Virus record (IMG/VR): IMGVR_UViG_3300028805_000039
Span: 1-63,851 of that record
Strand: one strand, 5' to 3'
From: a virus
Taxonomy: Duplodnaviria; Heunggongvirae; Uroviricota; Caudoviricetes
Length of the DNA stretch: 63,851 nucleotides
Part shown: positions 40,006 to 52,047 of the stretch, piece by piece
Position numbering within the stretch: position 1 is the stretch's first letter
How the letters are laid out: every line of letters starts with the position of its first letter
Position numbers and translations under genes: made by a program
Notes under the pieces: generated by a model
Told to the model about the DNA's origin: nothing
The model's database searches: none
The model's input: only the letters and a program-made list of their open reading frames with translations

Positions 40006-42276
40006 ATGGTTATTAAACGTGATAACTCAAAAGTAACTTTTGATGGCAAAAAAATTATAGACGCTATTAATAAGGCTTTCATTGATGTAGATGGTTAGAT
40101 ATATGAAAATGATACAGCAACTGATATTGCCATTGAAATAGGTAAGAAATATATTAATACTGATGTTGATGTTGAAACAATACAAAATGAAGTAGAAGAT
40201 TATTTAATGCGTTCAGAGCGTAAAGATGTAGCTCGTGCTTATATTCGTTATAGATATAAAAAAGAAGTAGCTAGAAAAGTCAAAGATGATTTTATTGCTC
40301 CTATCAAAGATAAACTTGAAGCAGCTAATGTATAGAATCAAAATGCTAATGTCGATGAACATTCATTCGGTGGCCGTATGGGCGAAGCTGCAAGTTATAT
40401 GACTAAAAAATATGCTCTTGACTATCTTATTTCTGATATGGCAAAATATAATCATTTAAATAATAGAATTTATATTCATGATTTGGATCATTATGCTCTT
40501 GGTGACCATAATTGTTTAAGTGTACCATTTGATGAATTACTTGCTAAAGGATTTAATACTCGTCAATCTGATGTACGTCCTGCTGGATCTGTAAATACAG
40601 CTTGCCAATTAGTAGCTGTTATTTTCCAACTTCAATCATTACAATAGTTTGGCGGAGTAAGTGCTACACATATTGACTGGACAATGGTTCCATATATTCG
40701 TAAAAGTTTTACTAAACATATTGAAGATGGATTAGTTTATATAGAACATTTATCTTAGTATAAATAGAAACGTTTTACTAAATGGTTAAAAAATGATCCA
40801 GAACATCCAGATGGAACTATTCACTTTGATGATATTGATTTTTAGAAGAAGCATCCAGAAGTATTTGAATATGCTATGGATATGACTGAAAAAGAAGTTC
40901 ATCAAGCAGTTGAAGGTCTTTATCATAATTTAAATACATTACAAAGTCGTTCTGGAAATCAATTGCCATTTACTTCTATTAATTATGGTACTTGTACTTT
41001 ACCAGAAGGAAGAATGTTTACTCGTGCTTTACTAGAAGTCAGTATTGAGGGACTTGGAAAATTACATAAAACTTCTATTTTTCCATGCGGTATTTTTTAG
41101 TGCATGAATGGCGTTAATCGTAAATATGGTGATCCAAATTATGATTTATATATTTTAGCATTAGAAAGTACTTCTAAACGTCTTTATCCAAATTATGCTA
41201 ATGTAGATTGGTCTGGTAATGCTGGGTATGATAAAAATGATCCGACTACATATTTTAGTACTATGGGTTGCCGCACCGTTAATGGGGCCGATATTAATGC
41301 AGAACCAGGAGTTAATCCACAACGCAAAGATGGCCGTGGTAATATTTGCCCAGTAACTATTATTATGCCGACCTTAGCTATGGAAGCTAAACAAACTTGG
41401 GGAATATATAATTATTCAGCTGAAACTACAATAAAAGATACAGTAGATATTTTTATGAAATTACTTGATAAAGCAATTTATGATGCCAGAGATATGCTTT
41501 TAGAACGTTTTGAATGGATATGTTCACAAGATCCGTCTAGTGCTAAGTTTATGTATGAAAATAATACCATGAGTGGTTATCATCCAAGAGAAGGAATTAT
41601 CAGTGCCCTTAAACATGGTACATTAGTTATTGGGCAACTTGGTTTAGCTGAAACTCTCCAAATTCTTATTGGAAAAGACCATACAACACCAGAAGGAATG
41701 GAATTAGCTAAGCGTATTGAACAATTATTTAAAGATAGATGCGCTCAATTTAAGCAAGAAGAACATTTAAATTTTGGCGTATATTATACTCCTGCTGAAA
41801 ATCTTTGTTATACAGCTCTTAAAAAATTCCGTGAAAAATATGGGATTATTAAAAATGTTAGTGATAAGGATTTCTTTACAAATTCTATTCATGTGCCTGT
41901 TTGGAAAAATATGAGCCCATTCGACAAAATTGATATTGAAAGTCAATTAACTGGATATAGTAATGCTGGATGCATTACATATGTAGAATTAGATGCTTCT
42001 GTTGTTCATAATATTGAAGCATTAGAATAGATTGTTAATTATGCTATGGATCATGATATTCCTTATTTCGCTATTAATGTTCCATCTGATACTTGTTTAG
42101 ATTGTGGTTTTTAGGGCGAAATAAATGATAAGTGCCCTATGTGTGGAAGTACTCATATTCAGCAATTACGTCGTGTGACTGGTTATTTAACTGGTAATTA
42201 TAAAACTGCTTTCAATCTTGGCAAACAAGATGAAGTCCATCATCGAGTAAAACATGTTGGAGAAATGACACAATGA
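40006..42276 (+). CDS. nrdD: anaerobic ribonucleoside-triphosphate reductase NrdD (class III) with ATP-cone, 10 TAG codons
   Basis: GGAGG RBS. N-terminal ATP-cone (VIKRDNSKVTFDGKKI), glycyl-radical motif RVTGYL near the C-terminus, and Zn ribbon CLDCGF...CPMCG. One frame over 40378..42030 with TAG=Gln. Confidence 0.8.
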
Positions 42277-42752
42277 GATATGCTGGGATTATAAAAAATG
42301 ACGTCGCTGCTGGAAAAGGTGTTTGCGTCACATTCTTTGTCCAAGGATGTGACGCACATTGCCCTGGATGCCATAATCCAGAAACTTGGGATTTTGATGG
42401 TGGATATGAATTTACACAAAACACAATTAATTCAATTATTAATGCTTTAAATGCGAATGGAGTTTAGCGTAATTTGTGCATTATGGGTGGAGAACCATTA
42501 CATGAACGTAATTAGTTTTTAGTACAGCTTTTAATACAAGAAGTTAAAAAAGTTTATCCTGATATAAAAATATATTTATGGACAGGATATATCTATGAGG
42601 ATTTAATTGAAAAACACGAAAAAATATTGTAGAATATATTATCGGAAATAGATGTATTAATTGATGGACCTTTTATCCAAGAGCAAAGAGATATTACTCT
42701 TGCTATGAGAGGTTCTAGAAATCAACGAATTATAAATTTAAAGGAAAAATAA
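42273..42752 (+). CDS. nrdG: anaerobic RNR activating enzyme NrdG (radical SAM), three TAG codons
   Basis: Cys cluster GCDAHCPGCHNPETW and a GGEPL motif. ATGA overlap with the nrdD stop. Confidence 0.7.
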
Positions 42753-42753
42753 A

Positions 42754-43128
42754 ATGGAAGAAAAATCATACGGACAAAGAGATATTCCAGATATTATTAT
42801 TAATTTTTAGGGATATAGTTATAATTTAAAATCTTATTATTAGAAATTTACTTGTATCCACAAAACAAATAAACGTAGTAAGTGGATTATAAAAGTGGCC
42901 GTTTTACCTGAATATTTAAGAGAATCTCTTTTTGAAAGATATGTAGATGTAACAATTAAAGAGATCCATAGGATGGTAGAGACTAATGAAGATATTGAAT
43001 ATACCTATAATTTATATAAACCTAAAATTAAAATAATAGAATATCAAGATTGCACTATTGATGAACCAGTATCTTATAAAATTGTTATTACTGGTCGTAT
43101 TTTAGAAAAAAAGGAGATACAAATATGA
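42754..43128 (+). CDS. hypothetical protein (two TAG codons)
   Basis: 124 aa; joins track ORF 42895-43128. Confidence 0.4.
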
Positions 43129-43466
43129 TTATTACACTTTGTGGAAGTACTAGATTTAAAAATGAGTATGAAGAAGTAGCAAAAAAATTAGCTCTTGACG
43201 GACATTGCGTATTAAGTGTTAATATGTATTCTCATGCAGATAATATTGAATTAACACAAGAACAAAAAATTTAGTTAGATAATGCTCATAAACAAAAAAT
43301 TAGTATTAGTGATGCTATTTTTGTTATTAATAAAGATGGTTATATTGGAGAAAGTACTTTTAGTGAAATTGATTGGGCTCAACGTATGAAAAAAGAGATT
43401 TATTTTCTTGAAGATATCAATCAAAAAGATGATGAAAATAAAACAGAAAAAGCTGAGGGTAACTAA
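43125..43466 (+). CDS. nucleoside 2-deoxyribosyltransferase-like protein (degenerate), one TAG
   Basis: MIITLCGSTRF...ISDAIFVINKDGYIGESTFSEIDWA resembles the NDT/Rcl Rossmann-like fold. Confidence 0.4.
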
Positions 43467-43469
43467 TTT

Positions 43470-43985
43470 ATGAATATATATTTAGCTGGACCAATTTTTT
43501 TCTATGGTGATTATTTAAGAAATATTGAATGGGCTAATAAAATTAGATAGGCATTTCCTGATGTCTATCTGTATAGTCCAGTAGAAAATACTGATATAAA
43601 TGGTGTAGAGGGCAAAAAAAAGTTTGCCGGCTCACAAGAAATTGCTAATGGAGATAATAGTCGTCTTGATATGACTGATGTATTGATTGCTTGTATTGAT
43701 GGTGATGTACTTCCTTCTGGCACTTGCGCTGAAATTGGTAAATTTCATGAAAAGGTTATGCGTGGCGATAATAAATATATTATTGGTATTTGCACTGATA
43801 CTCGTTAGTGCTATAATACTCATAGTGCTGAAAAAGATATGGGTGGAGCTGCTAGCTTGGGTGAGTAGCAATATAGCTATCAAAATCTTTATGTGACAGG
43901 TTTAATTAAACAAGCTGGAACATTAGTGTATAATATTGATGAAGTTATTGAAATTTTAAAAGAAATTCATAATAGATTTAATTAA
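43470..43985 (+). CDS. nucleoside 2-deoxyribosyltransferase family protein (four TAG codons)
   Basis: Hallmark N-terminus MNIYLAGPIFF and a downstream acidic catalytic region. Confidence 0.6.
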
Positions 43986-43989
43986 AAAG

Positions 43990-44020
43990 ATAGAGTAAGA
44001 ATATAATTCTTACTCTATTT
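43990..44020 (+). terminator. rho-independent terminator (AGAGTAAGAAT...ATTCTTACTCT + T-run) overlapping the next -35
   Basis: Perfect hairpin followed by ATTTGACTTTTTT. Confidence 0.65.
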
Positions 44021-44038
44021 GACTTTTTTAAAAAAATA
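44010..44038 (+). promoter_or_regulatory. sigma70-like promoter TTGACT-N17(A7)-TAAACT
   Basis: Same architecture as the other promoters, with a weaker -10. Confidence 0.45.
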
Positions 44039-44079
44039 TGATAAACTTAATGTAAATATGAGTTAAAGGAGTATTTTTT

Positions 44080-44271
44080 ATGTATAATATATTATATTAT
44101 GATTTAGAGTATTTTGATACTGATGAAGTAAAAGAAATAATAACTTTATTAAAAGAATAGTTACCAGAAACTATATCAAAAAAATTAATTGCTCTTCCAA
44201 AGGGAACAAAGCTAACAAACTATTATGAAGAACAAGATTTAGAATATTTAAAGCAAGGAGCACATTGGTGA
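44080..44271 (+). CDS. small hypothetical protein (one TAG)
   Basis: 63 aa; its TGA overlaps the permease ATG. Confidence 0.4.
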
Positions 44272-44272
44272 T

Positions 44273-45511
44273 ATGATTTATAATATTAATGATAAACTTC
44301 CATTTAATAAATTAATAATGTTCGCAATTTAGTTGGTCTTATCTGTCTTCGTAGCAACAGTTCTTATTGCGAATATTTGCGGTGTTGCCGTATCAGGCGC
44401 ATTAGTTGGTGCTGGTCTTTCAACTATTATTTATTTAATAATTACAAGATTTAAATCGCCAATGTTTGTATCAAGTTCAGGCGCTTTTGTCGCTCCAGTA
44501 ATGGCAGCTCTGGCGGCTGGCGGATATACAGCAGTAGCAATTGGTGGTTTAGTAACTTGTATTATTTATTCTATTTTTGGAATTATATTTACTAAAATTC
44601 CAGTAGAAAAGATTTACAAAGTATTTCCACCTGCATTAATTGGCGCAGTTACAGTTGTTATTGGAGTTAATCTTATGCCATTTATTCTTACATATGTTTA
44701 GGTAAATGGAGTTACAAATATGTGGGGTGTGAGTGCCGCATTGATTACTATGTTAGCGATTGCTCTTATTTCGCATTATGCTAAAGGTGTTTGGCAAATA
44801 CTTCCATTTTTACTTGGTACATTAATTGGTTATGTGTATGCAATTATTCTTACTATAACTGGTATATATAAAATTGTTGATTTTAGTGTTTTTACTAATT
44901 TAAAATTATTTAGCGTTCCAGACTTTGCATTTTTACATTGGACTTCCATAGATTGGACTGTAGTTCTTCCAGTGGTAATTATGTATATTGCTTTTACAAT
45001 TTCAGCAATGATGGAATGTTTAAGTGACCATGCAGCATTAGGAGGTATTATTGGTGTTGATTTATACAAAGAACCTGGGCTTGGAAGGCTCTTCATCGGT
45101 GAAGGATTTGCTAATATAGTCGGTACTTCAATTGGCGGACTAGGAATATGTTCTTACGGTGAAGGAGTAGCCTGTGTTGGATTTAGTAAAGTTGCCTCCA
45201 CGCTTGTCACCTGTACAGCTGCCATTATCCTTATCTTGCTTGGCTTCTTAGCCCCCATTCAAGCATTTATCGCTAGTATCCCAAGCTGTGTATTTGCCGG
45301 AGCCGCAATAATTCTTTATGGGTTTATTGCATGTTCAGGAATTAAAATGTTACAAAAAACTGATTTAAACATTCAAAAGAATTTAGTAATTGTTTCTACT
45401 GTATTATCTCTTGGTATTAGTGGATTGGTCGTTGGTGGAACTACTATAAGTTTAAGTGCTACAGGTCTTGCTTTAGTAGTTGGAATTATTTTAAATTTAA
45501 TTTTAAAATAA
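44273..45511 (+). CDS. nucleobase:cation symporter (NCS2 xanthine/uracil permease family), two TAG codons
   Basis: 412-aa polytopic membrane protein with NCS2-like motifs (SSSGAFVAPV..., GEGFANIVGTSIGG). The N-terminal third is AT-rich with TAGs; the C-terminal half is conspicuously GC-richer and TAG-free. Confidence 0.65.
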
Positions 45512-45534
45512 ATTTTTAAGAAAGGAGTTAAAAA

Positions 45535-48198
45535 ATGGCAACTAGAAATGATTATAATAATCCGGAATATAATTTAATATCTTTAAAGGCTGGGAATGTT
45601 ACTCATCCAAAGTATTCATCAATTGTCGCGGTAGTTAATAATGATGGTAGTATTACATTAAATTTTACTATTGAAGGTATAATTATGGAAGATAATACTA
45701 TTACTAGTGGAATGCATGATTATAATGATGGACCAGGTATTAATTTAGATATTCCTTTAGAGAAACCTCTTTATTTAATTCCAGGGCAATATAAATATTC
45801 AATTGATATTATATCTGATAATTTTGAAATTGTTCCTGGGACAACAATTCCAATAACATATGTATTAACTAATGATATTGATTCTCCTTCAGAATTGCCT
45901 TCTATTACAACAAGTAGCGCAACAACTGAAATTAATTATCCCAATCCTTCATCACAAATCACAGGATATATTGAACCTGGTGGTAGTAATGAAGATTACC
46001 ATTATCCAAATAGTGAGAAACTTAAAAAACCATATTATATTTATACGAAATTATCCTTAAAACTAGGTTCGGCTGGAACAGCATCTTACATAGCGATTAG
46101 CAATAATAAAAAATATGATGATACAGTTTTTTCTAATTTTACTTTTAAGCCCATCTTTAATTGTTTATCTTGTACAGGAGAAGATTTACCAATTGAAGCA
46201 TACGAAGATGTATCTGGCTCTTATACTTTGCCTCAATCTGATATTATTACTTAGAATGAATCATATATTACAACTCAAGAAATGGGAATAATGACAAATA
46301 AATTAGAATCATTTTTAGATAATAATTCTCCTGGTGGTTTTGTACAAACAAGTATTAATATTAGTTCAGATGATTTAAGTACAAGAATTAATACTATTTT
46401 ACAAAATAAGAATTTTTTATCAGTAAATTCTCGAATTAATTATTCTTAGATTGATAATGCTCCTGTTTTTGCTGATATTGCTTTAAGTGGTGAGTATAAA
46501 GATTTAAAACATAGCCCAGACTTAGCGTCTGTAGCAATAACTGGCAATTATAATGATTTAAATAATAAACCAATTATTTCTGGGAATAATGGAGGAAATA
46601 ATGGAGGAAATAATCAACGTCAAATATATTACAATGAATTAGTTGGCGCCCCTACTTTAGCTACCGTGGCAAAAACAGGCAGTTATAATGACTTAATAGA
46701 TAAACCTAATTCTTTCGCAACGGTTGCTTTTTCTGGAAATTTTAATGATTTAGACTTTGTTCCAAATTTTGTAGAACGAGAAAATTTAAGTAATGCGGCT
46801 TTTTCAGGTGATTACAATGATTTATTAAATGCTCCTGAAGGTGTTGATTCAGATGATATTATTCATCATTTTGATATTAGTAATACTGATTGCTAGCCTT
46901 TAAAATATTTGGCCAATAATTTAATAGATACTACTACTGTTTTATCATAGCAAAATAATGCTAATTATACTATTGAATTATTTTTAATAGATTTAATGAA
47001 TACTTATTTTGACACTCCAGAAATAGATCCTAATGATGAAACTGAAATAAATTTAAATCATTATCAATCATCAGTGGTAATAAAAGTAACTACATTTTTA
47101 GGAGATATGATATTAACTGGTATTCATTAGCAAGATTCATCTTTTGTATTTACGTTTACACCATTAGATATGAATACTTATCTTTTAACTACAAAAACTA
47201 ATGAGCATATTACTGGTAATGATGTATAGGCTGAAACAATTTTAAATGAATTAACTCCAAATTATTTTTACCCAGTATTAATTTTTGTCCCTGCGAAACA
47301 TGAATTATGGATCAAAAGAATGACCTTGATTTTATAGGAATAGTTAAAGACAGTTGCTGTTACTGGTTCTTATAATGATTTAATAGATACTCCTCAATTA
47401 AAAAAAGTTGCTACTACTGGAGCTTATATAGATTTAGAGGGAGTTCCAGCATTAAAAACAGTAGCTACTTCAGGTTCATATACAGATTTAATAAATCGTC
47501 CTACTTTAGCTGAAGTTGCTACTTCAGGTTCATATAATGACTTAATAAATCGTCCTACTTTAGCTGAAGTTGCTACTACAGGTTCATATAATAGTTTAGC
47601 AGATATTCCAACTTTATCAGCAGTTGCGTTATCTGGCTCATATAATAGTTTAGAAGATCGTCCCAATTTAGCTGATGTAGCTTTAACTGGCTCATATTTA
47701 AATTTAACTAATAGACCAGATTTTGCTACAGTTGCTTTTACTGGCTCTTACAATAATTTATTAGATAAACCTGTTATTGCTCAATCTAATGATATTATTA
47801 AAATTTTTAATGTTGGGAATTTTAGTTCTAATTTATTAAAAACTTTTTCACCAGGGGAAGTTAATACCACAGGAAGAATATCTAATGATGTAGATGCAAG
47901 TACTATTAACAATTGGTTAGAAGATATTATAAATGCTTATAAATACAATAATGTTTTCAATTTAAATATTATAAAAATAACAAATAATAAACAACAATTA
48001 ATTTTAACTTATATTGAAGAAAATAATGATATTTATATTTTTCATTTTACCCCTATTAGTGAAAATAATTTACAATAGTTAATTAATGATAATATACCTC
48101 TTACAGAAAATAATATTACTTTTTCAAATTATTTTGTTTATTTTATTTATGATAAAAGTCGAGATAAATTATTTATTTACAATAAAAATATAACTTAA
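45535..48198 (+). CDS. tail fiber protein with tandem (A/S)xTGSYNDLxxxP repeats, 888 aa, 10 TAG codons
   Basis: One continuous frame from ATG 45535 to TAA 48196-48198 when TAG=Gln. Two blocks of 15-residue repeats (xVAxTGSYNDLIxKPxL). Confidence 0.65.
47350..47790 (+). repeat. tandem 45-nt coding repeats (SYNDL fiber repeats), including a near-identical duplication at about 47491-47585
   Basis: The unit cgtcctactttagctgaagttgctacttcaggttcatataatgac... repeats with few substitutions. Confidence 0.6.
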
Positions 48199-48224
48199 AT
48201 TTTTAATTGAATGGAGTTTAATAA

Positions 48225-49364
48225 ATGTTCACTGAAATTGATTATAAACCAGAATATGCCTTATTAAGTAATGGAATTATTAATGTAACAGATGATTGTA
48301 ATTTATAGTGTAAATATTGTTTTGTAGAATAGCATCCTCATTATATGACATTAGATACAGCTAAAGCTATAGCTGATTTTCTGTATAAAAATGCTGAAAA
48401 GAAAAAAGAATTAGGAATAATGCCAAAAAATAAAAAATGTGATTATTATTTTTTTGGTGGAGAACCTATGTTATAGTATGAGCAAATTATAAAACCTATG
48501 ATTGAATATTGTGAAACTATTTATCCAAATCAATTTAAATATGGAATTACTACTAATGGCACTTTATTAACAAAAGAAGTTATAGATTTTTTTAAAAAGT
48601 ATAAATTTGGAGTTATGATTTCTATGGATGGGATTAAAGAGTCTCAGGATTTTACTCGTCCTTGTAGAGATAAAAAATTAAGTAGTTATGATTTATTAAT
48701 TAAAAATATCCCATATTTATTAGAGCAATTACCAAATACAGTTACTAGAGGAACAGTATATCGTGAAAGTGCTCAATATTTATTAGAAAATTATAAATTT
48801 GCTGAATCGTTAGGATTTAAAAATTGGGCATTCTTAGCAGATCATAGGCACCCTTGGACACAAGAGCAAATGAATATTTTAGAAGAACAAATTAATGAAA
48901 TTTATCGTTATAGATTAAATTAGTTGATTGAAGGTAAATTACCAATGCATTCTTGGCGACATTCTTTTTGGATGCGAAGTACTATCAATTTATTAGATCC
49001 TGAAAGCACAGCTTTTAATATTGAAGAAAATAATTCAATTTTACGATGTGGTTTAGGCACAACGCTAGGAGCTATAGGATATGATGGAGCTATTTATGGA
49101 TGCCAAGAGCAATGTTCAAAAGAAAATAAAAATATTTTTTATATTGGAAATATTTTTAATGGTGGAATTGATATAGAAAAACATAAAGCATTATTAAATT
49201 TATATTTGCAAGCATAGGATGGACCTAAAGATCATTATGAAAAATGTGTTACTTGTCCATTACGAAAAGCATGTGCAGTTAATACTTTAGTTTGTCCATC
49301 TAGCACTTTTGATTTATATAATAATTTTGAAACAATAGATGATTTTAATTGTTTTTTAAGATAG
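48225..49364 (+). CDS. radical SAM / SPASM-domain maturase (anSME / ranthipeptide-maturase-like), six TAG codons
   Basis: GGAG RBS. CNLQCKYCF (CxxxCxxC with TAG=Q) and C-terminal SPASM Cys clusters (CGLGTTLGAIGYDGAIYGC...CVTCPLRKAC). In-frame TAG at 49362-49364; if read through the frame ends at TAA 49470-49472. Confidence 0.7.
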
Positions 49365-49479
49365 ATATATTTTAAAAATTCTTTATTATATTTAAATATC
49401 TTTATGCAATGTAAACATTTTAAAATTATTGAAGATTTCTTAAAATCAGAAATAGAAGGAATAAGGGGGTAATGTTATA

Positions 49480-50223
49480 ATGAGTGATTCCGCATGCGTA
49501 ACTGCTCAAAATTTTTGCCAAACTTGTTAGACAGGAGCTGAGACTGTAGGATATACTTTAACAAAAGGATTGCCTGATACTTAGGATTATATTACTAGTG
49601 AATTAGGACCAGCTATTAGAGCAGCATTATAGAAATTACATGATTATGGAAAAAAAGGAAGCAGAGAGTGGCCTTCACAAAATGAAATTAATTCTATTCC
49701 AAATATAAATAAAAGTGCTGGACAAAAAATTACTGCTGAAGAATATAATAAAATATTAAAAATTATTTCTGTTACTCCAATTACTGTTAGTGAAACAACT
49801 TAGACTGTTCATGTGCCTGGAGAATTAGAATAGTATAGTTGTTATAATTTATGTCCAGATATTTTCTCAGCTTTACCAGATTGGACAGCAAATGTAGTAT
49901 TAACAGAGGAAATGCTTTGGGGTAAGGATTATACTTACACTACTAAAAAACAAAAAAAATCAGAACCTCAATATCAAGTAGATACAGGAGATGTAGTAAG
50001 TATTAATGTTATTAAACAATTCTTACGAGATTATCAAATAGATTATAATAGATGTAATGACTGTAATACTTCTAATAATTGTGCTCAATGTCATTGCGAT
50101 TGTCATCGTTCTTCATGTGATACTAGTAGTAGTAGTGGTTGTAGTGAATGTTGTATGTACGGAGGAAGTAATGCTGGAGCTGGATGCCATACTCATAGCA
50201 GTTGTAGCGATTATAGTTGGTAA
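49480..50223 (+). CDS. 248-aa protein with Cys/Ser/Thr/Gly-rich C-terminal core (candidate RiPP precursor-like substrate), five TAG codons
   Basis: The C-terminal 55 residues are CNDCNTSNNCAQCHCDCHRSSCDTSSSSGCSECCMYGGSNAGAGCHTHSSCSDYSW (13 Cys). Sits immediately downstream of the rSAM gene. Confidence 0.55.
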
Positions 50224-50230
50224 TTATATA

Positions 50231-50268
50231 AAAAATGGTAGATTATTTTTTAATCTACCATTTTTTTT
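50231..50268 (+). terminator. rho-independent terminator (TGGTAGATT...AATCTACCA + T8)
   Basis: Perfect hairpin after TAA 50221-50223. Confidence 0.7.
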
Positions 50269-50744
50269 ATATAATTTTTATAAGTATTATTTTTATTTAA
50301 ATTAATTAAAAATATTTTTTTAAAAATTATTATTTTATTTAAACTTTTTATTTTTATATTTATATTAAAAATATTCTAAAATATCTTTTTAATTTCATTA
50401 TTATCATATTTGTCCTAAGATAACAAAATTAATAATAATATATCTTTTTTAATATTTTTATGCTGCTTTTTATAATAACAATTAATAAAATGATAACTAT
50501 TATTATTTAAAAAAGTATTAAAATAATAATTAGGTTTTATACCATTTAATCCTTTAAAAAACAAAACTAAACAATCACTTTCTTTATTATAAAAGCTAAA
50601 TAAATCTGGTATATAATATAAATAATCAAAAATTAAATTATAAAATTCTATATTCTAATTAATTTGATCTTTATAATTAAAAAATAAATTTTTTAAATAA
50701 TTAAAATTATTATTAACTAAATATTGCTAAGTACTATAAATAAA

Positions 50745-52025
50745 ATCATATAAAAATATTAAACATTTTGTTTTTAAAGATTTATTATTATTTTTTATAA
50801 ACTAATAATGCATATGAGGAAAAATATTATAATTATCTAAAAATACATGAACGGCAAATAAATTATTACATTGTGAACTATTATAATAATAAAAATTTAA
50901 TTTTAAATTATTATTTAATTCAATATAATAATTTAATAAATCTTTATCAGTAATTATCTATTTATTTAAAAATATTTTTTGATTATAATTATCATATTTA
51001 ATAGTATTAAAAAACTACTATTCATTATAACATTCTCTTAAATTTAAATTACTAAAATGCTAATATTGATAATATAGCGGATCTGATAAATTCTTAAAAG
51101 GTATAGCAAGGTTTGTTTTTTTTGTTTGACTTAATATTCCCTAATAGATTTCAGTAAAACATCGTTCTAAAGCTATCTCAAATATAGGAAAAGAACCTAA
51201 AATTAATGAATAATTATAATTTTTCTAATCTATTAATAATAAACCAATAACAGGAATAGAATATAAATATGAATAGTCAAAAATTTTAAAATTATATCCT
51301 AATGTATATAATTTATTTCCTTTATCTTTTAATGTTTCTGGTAATTTTAATTTATCAAAATTTAATTCTGGAGTAGGTTGATTAATATTCTCATAAACTT
51401 TATTCCAAACCATATGCTCATAAACTTCTGAAATACCCTATACTAATGCTTCTTCTAAAGTATTCCCCGCAGCCATTCCATCACTACCAGTAACAGCCTA
51501 TACTATTTCTGGCATTAAATATTGTTTTTCATTATTATTACCTATTTTAATAAAAGGTACTCCAATAAATTTATTGAAAGCTAATTGATATACTTTTTCT
51601 AAATTATTATTATCATCATTCATTAAATCAAATTTATATTTAATCCTCGAAGATAGCTATGTTGCTTCATAAAATGTTAATTCTTTTTCATCGGGACAAA
51701 AATAATAACCATATTTTTTATACCGTTCTTTTTTTATATCTTGATAACTCATAGTAGCATACATTTCATTTCCAGCATTACAAAAACGTTCATATAATTC
51801 TGCATATGCCGAAGCTTTAGAAAATTGTTCTGTTATACCTTTTCCATTTGATGATAATAATAAAAAATCTTTATAATATAATTGCAAAGATATCCACCAA
51901 GTACCAATTTCAGTCTATGTATTATTTTTTTCTTCAATTCTTAAACCTTTATTATAAAAAAACTATTGAATTAATTTAATTGTATCTATAGGTTTTCTAT
52001 TTTTATATTTATCATTATAATTCAA
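50745..52025 (-). CDS. YcaO-domain protein (cyclodehydratase / thioamidation family), TTG start, about 20 TAG codons
   Basis: Minus-strand frame continuous from TTG 52025 (AGGTGG RBS 6 nt upstream) to TGA 50745-50747 when TAG=Gln. Contains both YcaO hallmark motifs, SNGKGITEQFSKASAYAELYERF and SDGMAAGNTLEEALVQGISEVYEHM. The C-terminal third is extremely AT-rich and low-complexity. Confidence 0.6.
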
Positions 52026-52047
52026 TTATAACCACCTACCTAAAAAT

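Noticed and set aside
42212-42424. Minus-strand ORF 42212-42424.
   Set aside because: It is antisense to the nrdD/nrdG junction, which has clear glycyl-radical and radical-SAM motifs.
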